From Octopus vulgaris (taxonomy: Eukaryota): a DNA stretch of 64,000 bases. Positions 12,449 through 23,545 of the stretch are shown here, in pieces (position 1 is the first letter of the stretch; every line of letters begins with the position of its first letter). The stretch lies in contig OX597818.1 in NCBI GenBank assembly GCA_951406725.2, forward strand, positions 24,428,001 through 24,492,000, given 5' to 3'. The notes beneath the pieces are model-generated. The model worked only from the letters and a program-made list of their open reading frames with translations, was not told the origin of the DNA and did no database searches. The translations under genes were made by a program, and so were the position numbers.

Positions 12449-13174
12449 GTTTTATAACAGTTCTCTTGCATTCTAATTTTTAAATGTTGATGTGTAGGTG
12501 ATAAAAATATATGTATCTGAGAGAATGTGATAAACATATAACCACTAAAGGTTTTTGGTAAACTGCTTAAAATTACTTCATTATGAAAGCAATAAGGGAA
12601 ACAATTTTCTTTAGCAACTAACAATAGAATATCCACACACACAAATAATGAAATGATACACCCTGATCAGCGACCCATAACCTAGGTCATTATAGAAGAA
12701 AATTAAGATGTTTGATTTGACAAACATCTTTTCTTATATCACTGATAACAGAGTTCTCTGATTTCATCCAACAAAAATAGAAACCAGATACACTTCACCT
12801 GACTTTTCCCTCATCTATACCAAAAGCCCTTGTGTAAGCACAACTCTTGTGCTCTCTCCTAAAAACAGAAGAGCCTTTCAAGAAAAACAAATTTTGGAAA
12901 TTTTGAGGAACTAATTCAGATTGTTTCAACTTTTTGAATTTTGCAACAAAGACATTGTAGTGACTTCTATAAACTATGAATAAATCCTAACTAGAATCAA
13001 TTTTTCATTCATAAAAAATTTTAGGTAGGATTTCATTTGTTAGATTTATGAAGTGACCAATTAATAACATTACAGTACTGAAGAAGTTTTAATTATGAAG
13101 TCTTTCTTTAGCTTGGTTTTGGTATATTTAGCCAGTAAGTTTATACAACCCTCTTCTACTGATGAGGGTGGAAG

Positions 13175-13633
13175 ATATTAAGTAACTTCGATCACCTCTG
13201 TCTACGTCACATCCTTCGTGTCCGATGGCATCACTTTGTCTCCAACAATTTGGTGCGACACCAGTGCAAAATCACCTCCCTCCGACAAGTCATCCTAATG
13301 AGATGTCTGCGTTGGTTGGATCATGCCTGCCGTCGTCAACCAGGAGAATTCATCTACAAAGCAATTACCCCAGCTTCCCTTCAGAGTTGGGCGAAAGCGA
13401 TGTGGTGGACAACGAAAAACCTGGCTGATAGCAGTCAAGACTGATCTGGAACCCAACCTAGGTCCCCATGTCTACGGCGTTCACTGCTGGAATAGGGAGT
13501 GGTTAGAGATCACGCGGTCATTAGTCTCAAATCGCCAGGCCTGGTCAGCATTTGTGAGAGATGCAGCATTGAGGATGAATGAAGCCAGCTCAACCCACCC
13601 CGGGTGAATGTTGTCTCAAGTCAAGTCAAGTAA
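13175..13633 (+). mobile_element. RTE-like LINE 3' fragment with (TCAAG)n tail
   Basis: RCLRWLDHACR...GGQRKTWLIAVKTDL C-terminal motifs; tail tcaagtcaagtcaagt. Confidence 0.7.
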
Positions 13634-13925
13634 GTTTATACAAGTGATGTTTTTCAATATAGTGATTATTGCAAAGCTATATAATACCTGTTCTAAAATT
13701 ACTAACATGCCCACAATGAAAAATGTATCCAAAAATGTTCTTTAACCTAAACATGGATCCTAACTTTAAAAGAGAGTATAAAAGAGAGATGAGGAACTAG
13801 GGGGAAATTAAAACCAATAATGCAGAAAAACAGAAACGTCTTTGTTTAGCCTCAGGTCATATCTGATGAAAGAGGCCTATAATCAAAAGCATTCCAGCTG
13901 CAACCATCGCATCTTTATATACATA

Positions 13926-15740
13926 CTAGCTGAATATCCCATTGTGGTGAAGTAATTTTCACAATAGAATGCCTTTATTTCAATATTTTTGTTCCATGTC
14001 TTCTTTGATGAATAGGCCTCTTGATCAGAAGAGATTCTGTATTATTTGGGGCAATTTATATTGTATTGATAAACTAAGTTACTGTTTTTCCATTTGGTGT
14101 ATAGATGTAAAGATTTTTCTTATCTCACTGCTGATACTTTTAAGGGTCTTTCAACTCAGTCCCCCTAATGAAATTCATTACACAAACACACACACACACA
14201 CACAGAGCAGGAGCTATATGCATATTGCAGAGTAAGAGAAGGAAAGTTTACAATGAGAAAAGTGTGAATGAAAAAGAGAGAGAGTGAGTGAGAGAGAGAG
14301 ATCTTTTCTATTGCTGTCACAGATTTTAAAATAAAGTGAAGATTTTCATATTTGATATATTGATGTACTTTTTACATGCTGAATCTGATTTGTGATTTAT
14401 TTATTCCAGGAAAAGTTTAGGAAAATGTTACAGAAGTTTAAAGTTTGATCATTTTTACCCAATCAGAAAACAAGATTTGGAAGCTAGCATTTTCTGCATG
14501 TTAGTTATCTATCATAAAATGAAAGTAAACTTTACAGCAGCAAAATTTTAAACAAAATGAAAGCAATTACATTATCACGAAACTGAGCATGCATGAGAGA
14601 TATACGAGGGGGTACCCAAAAGTAACCAGAAACATTCTCTGTGGGACAAACACATTTGTAGTCCAGGCTTCAACTACTAGAAGCCACTTGATGCAACCCT
14701 CAGGAATCAGTCTGTCAACCAGTGGCATTGAGTGCGGTCATACTGCTACATGGTGCATCTTTGTTTTGCAGTGCTTCTCCCCTGTTCATCGATTTTTGTG
14801 ATGGCTGAAACAAAGGAATGGCGTGCTTCCATGAAATTTTGCTTTCTGCTGGAGAAAACAGCTTACAAGAATACTGCCATGACCAAAACACCTGTCGCTT
14901 GAAGGCCAACCTTGTTCAGGACGACCATCAACCTCCCAAATGAATGAAAATTCATGAACTGATCTTGGAGGACCATCACTGAACAAGTGACAAACTTGTT
15001 GATATGACTGGTGTGCCCTAAAGCTCCTGCCAACAAATTTTGAATAAAGAATTGCAAATGACAAGAGTTTCTGTCTTGCTTGCTCAAGGAAGATCAAAAG
15101 CAGTCATGACTGAATGTGTTGTGAACTGAAAGAATAGCTGGAAGTTGATCTGAACCTTCTTTTGAAGGTTATCACTGGTGATGAAAGCTGGTACTACAGA
15201 ATTCGCAGATGTGTAAGAGGTGAAGAAAAAAACTATTACGCATCACTTTACAAAAGTTCCAGTACAGCTTCGAATATTAAAAAATGCAATTGGACCAATG
15301 CATTGCTTCAATGAACAATACTTTGAAGGCGATAAAAGTATAAACATGTAAAGCTAAGTGAATAAAATAATATTGCAAAATTCTGGTTTCTTTTGGGTAC
15401 ATACATAGACAGTGATAAAGATAAAAATTCTGGTTTCTTTTCTTACATACATAGACAGTGATAAAGAGTGTGGTAAATACATATACAGAGAGGGGAAAGA
15501 CATAAAATAGTGAGAGAGAGAGCCTGATGGAGACAGAGAGTGGGAGACTTGTCAATCTAAAAGTTGAGTTATTTTTTGTAGCAAATTAAATTTTTCTAGT
15601 TAATTATAACCAAATACTCTGCCATTGAGATGCAGATTTTGAAAAGCAAATCCATTTTTCTGGAGGATGTACCAAGTCGGAGCCTTTCAATGGCATATTC
15701 AAAAACATACACATGTGCACTCTCATATATATATAGTAGA
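13926..15740 (-). mobile_element. Non-autonomous Helitron-like element
   Basis: Minus strand 5' A|TCTACTATATATA (15740) and 3' CTAG|T (13926); helicase C-terminal remnant KNLYIYTPNGKTV near 14080-14118. Confidence 0.55.
14603..15407 (+). mobile_element. Decayed mariner nested in the Helitron-like element
   Basis: TIRs tacgagggggtacccaaaagtaaccagaa / ttctggtttcttttgggtac; fragments CFLLEKTA, KVITGDESW. Confidence 0.75.
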
Positions 15741-16129
15741 TATATGACTATATTGTCCAATGTGTTCTTTTTTTAAAGATGGTGGGAAGTAGTTTGAGGG
15801 TGATTTGTTTACTATTTCTAACAGGCAAAGCACTACATAGAAGCCCATATCATTGACTCACATGCAAAAGAATTAACTGTGTTGCTATAGACAAGGCACA
15901 TAAATAATTAGCAGTTTATATATCTATCTGAGAAAGATAGTGATGTTGCCACATAAAAAGCACTCAGTTCACTCTGTGATGTGGCATGGTTAGTATTAGG
16001 AAGGGCATCCAGCCATAAAAACCATGCCAAAACAGACAGTGAAGCCTGGTGCAGTCTTCTGCTGAGCCAACTCCTGTCAAATTGTCAAACCCATGCCAGC
16101 ATGGAAGACAGACGTTAAATGATGATCAT

Positions 16130-16173
<44 letters not shown>

Positions 16174-16429
16174 AGAGAGGGAGAGAGGGAGTGAGTGAGC
16201 AAGCGAGTGTGCATGCGTGTTTTGCACATTTGTTCAGTAGTACAATAACTATTTCTCAGGGAATATTGGTAAAGAAGTTATAAGAAACAAAAATACAATT
16301 CTGTTTCTTTCTGTTTAAGCTTTTTTTTTTATGTCAAGCTTGTCGTTCTGATAACATCTAATTCATTAGATGACTAAAAGCAAACTTTATTCTCTTATTC
16401 AAAAGTAACTTAAGGGATTGCACCTAGAA

Positions 16430-16895
16430 AGTTACCCTCCGAGGCACAAGTCTGGGCAAGGTTGTTTATGGAAGACCAGCAGTCACCCACACACACCGGC
16501 CTCCCCTCTCCACACCACTGATGTTATCCAAGGGAAAGGCAAAGGTCAATACAGATTGGCACCAGTGATGTCGCAGCTCATTTATTAACATGCAAGTGGC
16601 TGAGCACTCCACAGACACGTGTGCCTTTAACGTAGTTCTCAGGAAGATTCAACATGACACTGAGTGTGACAAGGCTGGCCCTTTGAAATACAAGTATAAC
16701 AGAAACAGAAAGAAAGAGTTAGAGAAAGTTGTGTTGAAAGAGTACAGCAGGGTTCACCACTACTCCCTGCCGGAGCCTTGTGGAGCTTTAGGTGTTTTCG
16801 CTCAATAAACACTCACAATGCCCGGTCTGGGAACCAAAACCGCGATCCTACGACTGTGAGTCCACTGCCCTAACCACTGGGCCATTGCGTCTCCA
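16430..16895 (-). mobile_element. tRNA-derived SINE (different family)
   Basis: Minus strand head atggcccagtggttagggcagtggactcacagtcgtaggatcgcggttttggttcccagaccggg (A/B-box-like), followed by a non-tRNA body. Confidence 0.7.
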
Positions 16896-17149
16896 CTGTC
16901 CTTAATATAACTGGAATATATTTCTAATGAATACAACAATCTGCATGCTATCAACTCAGTCTGTGATATCATTGTCATGCTAACACCATTAGGACATTGC
17001 ATACCATTTACATACTTCTAGAGTAAGGTTGCTAGATTAGAAAATTAGATATATGGACACTCTTAAAATCTCTGTGTATATATAAATTTATACATGCCTA
17101 CACGCCTAGAACAGACATAAGTTAAAAACATAAAGCAATTATCTTAATG

Positions 17150-17467
17150 AGTTATGAGAAAAGCAAAAGTAAAACCATTTGAAAATTATTTAATACAAGC
17201 TAAAAAAAGTAAATTCTGTTAAAGTGAAATAATTTGAAAATATTTCTTTAATACAGACAACAAAGAAATAAGCAAAAAGAAATCTGTTAAAGCAAAATCA
17301 TTGTAATTTTTTTAATTTAATGGCAAATAGAGACAATAAGAACAAAAATATTTTAGTGTGAAAGCATTTCAACGTTATTATTTAATACAGGCAATATAGA
17401 TAACTAAAAGAAATACTAAGAAAGTGAAATCATTACAAAATTCTTATTCAATAGACACAATAGAAAA
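17150..17467. repeat. Degenerate ~65-bp AT-rich tandem repeat (one further unit at 20251-20320)
   Basis: Recurring aaagtgaaatcatttgaaaattatt..tttaatacagnca..aaaagaaatctgtt units. Confidence 0.55.
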
Positions 17468-20250
17468 ATCATCATCATCATCATCGTTTAACGTCCGTTC
17501 TCCATGCTAGCATGGGTTGGACGGTTCAACCGGGGATCTGGGAAGCCAGAAGGCTGCACCAGGCTCCAGTCTGATCTGGCAGTGTTTCTACAGCTGGATG
17601 CCCTTCCTAACGCCAACCACTCCATGAGTGTAGTGGGTGCTTTTTACATGCCACCGGCACAGGTGCCAGATGAGGCTGGCAACGGCCACGATCGGATTGG
17701 TGCATTTTATGTGCCACCGGCACGGAAGCCAGTCGAGGCGGTGCTGGCATCGGCCACGTTCGGATGGTGCTTTTTATGTGCCACCGGCACAGGGATCACA
17801 ACTGCAGTTTCCTTTGATTTTGATGTTGGTGTACTTGACTCAATGGATCTCCTCAAGCACAGGGTCAAAATGGTATTTCTTCACTTGCCACCTGCACAGG
17901 AGTCAGTCCAGCGGTCCTGGCAACTGCCGGGTGCCAGTCACAGGATTGGTTCAATTTTGATTTCACTTGCCCCAACAGGTCTTCGCAAGTAGAGTTTAGT
18001 GTCCAATGAAGGGAGGTTGGCATGGGTGCCTGTCGTTTGATGAGGTTCGATTTCGACTTCGCTTGCCTCAACAGGTCTTCATGTGTCCAAGAGAGGAAAG
18101 GCATGCATAAGTGGGCTGGACTCACTTGTCCTGCCAGGTCTTCTCAAGCACAGCATATTTCCAAAGGTCTCGGTCGCTAGTCATTGCCTCGGTGAGGCCT
18201 AAAGTTCGAAGGTCGTGCTTCACCACCTCGTCCCAGGTTTTCCTGGGTCTACCTCTTCCACGGGTTCCCTCAACTGCTAGGGATTGGCACTTTTTCACAC
18301 ACCTATCTTCATCCATTCTCACCACATGACCATACCAGCGCAATTGTTTCTCTTGCACACCACAGCTGATGCTTCTCAGGTCCAACATTTCTCTCAAGGT
18401 ACTTACACTCTGTCGAGTATGAACACTGACATTACACAATCATTGGAGCCTACTGGCTTCATTCCTCGTGAGCTTACGCATGTTCTCAGCAGTCACGGCC
18501 CATGTTTCACTGCCATGTAGCATGGCTGTTCGTACACAAGCATCATACAGTCTGCCTTTTACTCTGAGCGAGAGGCCTTTAGTCACCAGCAGAGGTAAGA
18601 GCTCCCTGAACTTTGCCCAGGCTATTCTTACTCTAGCAGTTATGCTTTCAGCACACCCACCCCCGCTACTGACTTGGTCACCTAGATAACGGAAGCTATC
18701 AACTACTTCTAGTTTTTCCCCCTGGAAAGTGACGGAAGTTGTTTTCTGCAGATTTTCAGTGTTTATTGCTCCTGAGCATCTGCCACATACAAAAACTATC
18801 TTCCAGTTAGCCTTCCTTTGACATTGCTGCACCTCTTATGTGTCTATAGCTTACACTGGGTACATCTTATAGAGTTTCTACCTACGCCTTTTCTACAGAT
18901 CGAGCAGGGCCATCTACCTGAAGGCATTTGTGGTTTGTCTACCTTCCTACTTATTAGGAATTTGGTTTTAGCTAGGTTGACTCTAAGGCCCCTCGTTTCT
19001 AATCCCTCCTTCCACACCTGAAACTTCTCCTCCAGTTCTGATAGTGACTCAGCAATTAGAGCATGGTCATCAGCATAGAGGAGCCTATCTTGAATTCCTC
19101 CGTAATTGCCTGGAGGACTATGATAAATAGGAGGGGACTAAGGACTGAACCCTGGTGGACCCCAACCTCTACCTTGAATTCTTCAGTGTACACGTTGCCA
19201 ACCCTAACCTTTCTTACAGCATCCCTGTACATGGCTTGCACAGCTCTCACCAGCCATTCATCTATTCCTAATTTCCTCATTGACCACCAGATAAGGGATC
19301 GGGGGACCCTGTCGAAGGCTTTCTCCATGTCAACGAAAGCCAGGTACAGAGGCTTATCTTTGGCTAGGTATTTCTCCTGCAGCTGTCTCATCAGAAATAT
19401 GGCATCAGTGGTGCTTTTCCCTGGCACGAAACCAAACTGCATCTCATCCAAGTTGACTCTCTCCCTAATCAGTTGGGCTATGACCCTCTCCGCAACCTGT
19501 ATTACCTGATCCAACAACTTGATACATCTGTAATTATTTGTATCTTGGGCGTCACCTTTACTTTTGTAGCAGCTGACTATTATGCTGCTACACCAGTCAT
19601 TGGGTATGACTCCTTCGTGTATCACCTGGTTAACTATACGGGTGACTAGACTATAGCCGACACTGCCAGATATTTTGAGCATCTCTGCAGTGATTCCTGA
19701 TGGGCCTGGAGCTTTCCCTGTCTTCATGCTTCTAATTGCCTTAACTACCAAAGAACTGTCAACTCGGATAGCTGGTCCCTCTGTTGGGTTGACATTCGGC
19801 AGACTCTCTTTATCCCATTCATTTTCTTTATTCAGCAACCTTTCATAGTGGCATCTCCAAACCTCTCTCTTTGCATCCTCATTTAGCACAAGTGAACCAT
19901 CATCCATGCGAACACATTTCTCTCCTACCACATCATGATTCTCTCTCACACACTGTCTTGCAACACGAAATACCTCAAGTCTTTGGTCCTCACGGCGCAG
20001 AACATTGGCAAATTTTTTCTTATCTACTTCCCCTTTGGCTAAATAAACCTGTTTCCTAGCTTCCCTTCTGGCAGTCTGATACAGTTCCCTGCTACCTCCG
20101 TTCTTCCAGTCCTTCCAAGCCTGTTTCTTTTGTCTAATAGCCCTGTCAACCACATTGTTCCACCACCACATTACCTTTGGTCAAGTGGGGACTTTGCACC
20201 AACCACAGATCTGGTCAGTGGCTCTCAGCAGGTTGTCCCGTAGAAACCTC
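17468..20250 (-). mobile_element. 5'-truncated RTE-clade LINE
   Basis: ORF 19056-20171 with RT motifs KAPGPSG, QFGFVPGKSTTDAIF, FVDMEKAFDRV, GVHQGSVLSPLLF, then frameshifted YADD and LRWYGHV/GRPRKTW; (GAT)n tail at 17468. Confidence 0.95.
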
Positions 20251-20409
20251 GCAAAGGAAATAATTTAGAGAATTATTATTTAATGCAAGGAATACAGAAA
20301 ATAGACTAAAAAGTTGTGTTTCATATGGAGAACATGAAAAGAAACAAAACTGATAAACTTATATGCAAAATTTTCTTAACAGACCACATGAGAATTAAAC
20401 TTGAACCTT

Positions 20410-22380
20410 TACCTTTAGTTATATTTCACTGATGATTTGGCTTTTGTTAATAGGTCTTTGTTTTCTAACACATGCCAATAAAATTCTTTACATTCACAGT
20501 TAAGGTTTCATGTGCATTGTAAGATGGCTTCTACATTAGCTACATCCAACTTATTTCATTCTTCAGTCTACTGAACATTTATCGTTGAGAAGACACACTC
20601 AACATTAGCATTATGCGCTGGTATGCTAAATAAGAACTAGCACAAAATTAACAACTCTTGGTATTGTTCTTAAAATTCAATCTGCTGAAGGATAGAAAAC
20701 CATCTTTCGCAGTTTGGTCTTCCATTCATCAGGTTTGATCGCATCTCTTTAGCAAGGAGCTTTTTAAATGTTGACCACTGACAGAAAAAAATGTCAATTT
20801 TTATACCTTTGTTTTTTAACATTAGACAAAACGATTCTACATGTTCCCATGCTGGAAATGTATCTAATAACATCCATGTAAAGTTATCAAAATTTTCAAA
20901 ACACAAAACCCATTTCTCAAGATAAGTAAGTCAATGCAAGTGCCATACAAATTTCTTTTTCTCTTCAGATAATACATCGTCATTATTAAGGCAATCCTTC
21001 ACACTGAGAGGAATAAAATTTTTATTAATTCTTTCCTTTATAACTGCAACAAGTTCTTTTAAACAGCCAAGCACTTCAATAATGCTGTTTTCTCTCTATT
21101 CTATCTTCATAATCCAGTTGCTAAAAACATATTCAAAACTGTGAACAAGATATAAGTAGGCTTTGCTCAGCAGATTATTGAAGAATTCTACAAGAATTGG
21201 AGGACCTTTTCTTCACAATAAAAAAAAGATTTCAGTGCTTTAAATAACCTTAGGATTCTCTCAACTGCTCTCATCAAAGAAAGCCAATGTGTTTTAGAAT
21301 GTGAGAGAATTGAGGCATACTGCACACCAACAAACTCACAGAAATCTTCTCAGATTGAACTGTGTAAATACTAAAGTATGAAAACAATATAACAATATGG
21401 CCCTCGTGCAGGTGGCACATAAAAACACCCACTACACTCACAGAGTGGTTGCCGTTAGGATGGGCATCCAGCTGTAGAACCTCTGCCAGATCAGATTGGA
21501 GTCTGGTGCAGCCATCTGGTTCGCCAGACCTCAGTCAAATTGTCCAACCCATGCTAGCATGGAAAGCGGACGTTAAACAACAATGATGATGATGATGATG
21601 ATGAATTACTTCAACATCAATAGAAAAAACATAAGCTGCAGTATGATCAGCATTATGCAGAATATGGGCTGGACATTCAACACCTTCCATTGATTCATTC
21701 ATGCTTTCCTTGAATTTTAAATAGACATTATTTATGACATTATTTATGTGCATATGTCCACCAAAATTAGTATTTGTGTTATCTCTATCAAAAGTTATAC
21801 ATTTCTTCACGTCCAGTCCTAACTCGACAAGGCTCTCTCTGCAGAAGCTCGCTATTTTCTCTGAGGTCTCATTTGGGAGGGATCTTGCAATACTTTATCA
21901 GCAAACACTTTTCATATGAAAAACATTGCACAATCAACAGGAAAATTTTCTCACCATTATGATTACTTGTATCTGTAGATATGCCATAAAAAGAAGAGTT
22001 ATTTATATCTTTAACAATCTACAATAGTGTATGGAGCCATAACATTTTTATTGTTACAGCACATTTAGCCCTAGCAGTTGAAAATTTGCCTGCAATTTTG
22101 GAATAGTAGTATGTTTGTACAGCCATTTGAACTGAATGACTGATGATGACAGACAATATAAAATGCCATTGCATTTTCATCTGTGGTTTCCTTCATCAAG
22201 AAGTTTGTTATTTTACCAACTTCTTTTGAAGTAGAGACAATGCTACTTTTGTGCTTTGCTGTTTCTATGTGTTGCTTTATATCAGACTTCCCGCCATGTT
22301 CGATACTGAAAGTGCAATTACATTCACCACATTTTGCTTCAAAACAGCTTATATTAGGGACGTCTGGTAACCATATTCTA
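20410..22380 (-). pseudogene. hAT-superfamily transposase relic (interrupted by a SINE at ~21400-21603)
   Basis: Fragments in order: CTFSIEHGGKSDIKQH, STDTSNH (first D), DNTNTNFG, CPAHILHNA (CxxH), HSKTHWLSL, PAHNANVE.VFS (catalytic E), KAKSSVKY*. Confidence 0.8.
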
Positions 22381-23407
22381 GAGGGATGGACTATTTAAGG
22401 CGACTACCAATCCGTTGTATGGGACACGTTTGGTCGTGTGCTGCTTGGATGACGTTAGAGAATATCAAAACTGCTACAACATATATCCGAAGATTCAAAT
22501 TTAATTACTGTTGTGGAAGTCTATAATTATTATCATAAATAAACCATCTTTAAAATTTCAATCTAAACTAATAGAATGAATTATTTAAATTGTAAAATGT
22601 TAACATCAAGTTCTAAACGCGATTGCATGCATTGATGGGAGATAACTAAGATGGGAGATAACCAAAGATAAATACGGTCACAAATTTGAAGGGAGTCGAC
22701 TAAATTATACCCAAATAAATTACTGATATTTCATATTAGCGACTCTACAAGAATGAAAAGGAAAGTCGATACAAGTGAGAATTGAACTTATAACCTAAAA
22801 GGTGCATAAATAAATATGAGAAGTTATTTTTCTGGCCCTCCACGATTTCTACCATTCACCAGCCTTGACAATTTAATATGGAGGGGAGAGCATTAGCTGA
22901 TAGAAACAATAAGAGTGCTCAACACATTAATTTGAGATATTTAGTGTCGTCCCTTTAAATTCTGAACCAATATTGAGAATTTAACTAAAATTACCATCAT
23001 GGGAGATCATCAAATATTGTTTTATTTGTAAAGCTTTTGAGAGATTTAGTTGTGTACTTAAAAAGAGTAAGTACAAGTTTGTTTCTTTGATATGTATAGT
23101 GATTGCGTATTTGTGCCGCTGAAAGAAACTGTCATCTCATTTGAAGAATGTTTCCAATATCTCTAATTAGTTCTGAAAACAAGCTGTTATTGAATTTCTG
23201 AAATTGAATACTATCAACCAACTCTTGACTTAAATGTACCACTTTATAATCATGTTAAAAATATCTTCCAAAAAAAATAACTATAGTTACAGGCGTAACT
23301 GATTACAATGATAGCATTGCAATTGTTATCATAGTAAGTGTAGTCAAAACTATTTTATAGACATCAGAAATGAATTCAATCAAAACAAATTAAAACTATT
23401 CACTTAC

Positions 23408-23545
23408 CATAGTTGCTGTAATAAATCTCTTCATCACGTTTTTTCCTCCATTTATATAAATAGGGTGTCAGAAAACTTTTAGCAAATATTAACAGTATAA
23501 CAACAACAAGTAAAATCCATCCATATTCCTCGAAGACAAATTTGA
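23408..23545 (-). CDS. SELENOS: SelS-like coding exon 2 (TM segment)
   Basis: Acceptor tttctacatttcag; 138 nt open; donor G|GTAAGT. Confidence 0.75.

Noticed and set aside
16820-16895. tRNA-like sequence on the minus strand
   Set aside because: T-arm and acceptor stem are imperfect and it continues into a SINE body; treated as a SINE head
17635-17800. Repeat-spacer pattern resembling a CRISPR array (ggtgctttttatgtgccaccggcac)
   Set aside because: Spacers are homologous to each other, the array is part of a LINE 3' UTR, the DNA is eukaryotic and no cas genes are present
22995-23172. Phase-compatible acceptors just downstream of SelS-like exon 2, with in-frame TGA codons
   Set aside because: Peptide has no SelS resemblance and no SECIS was seen; no basis for calling Sec readthrough
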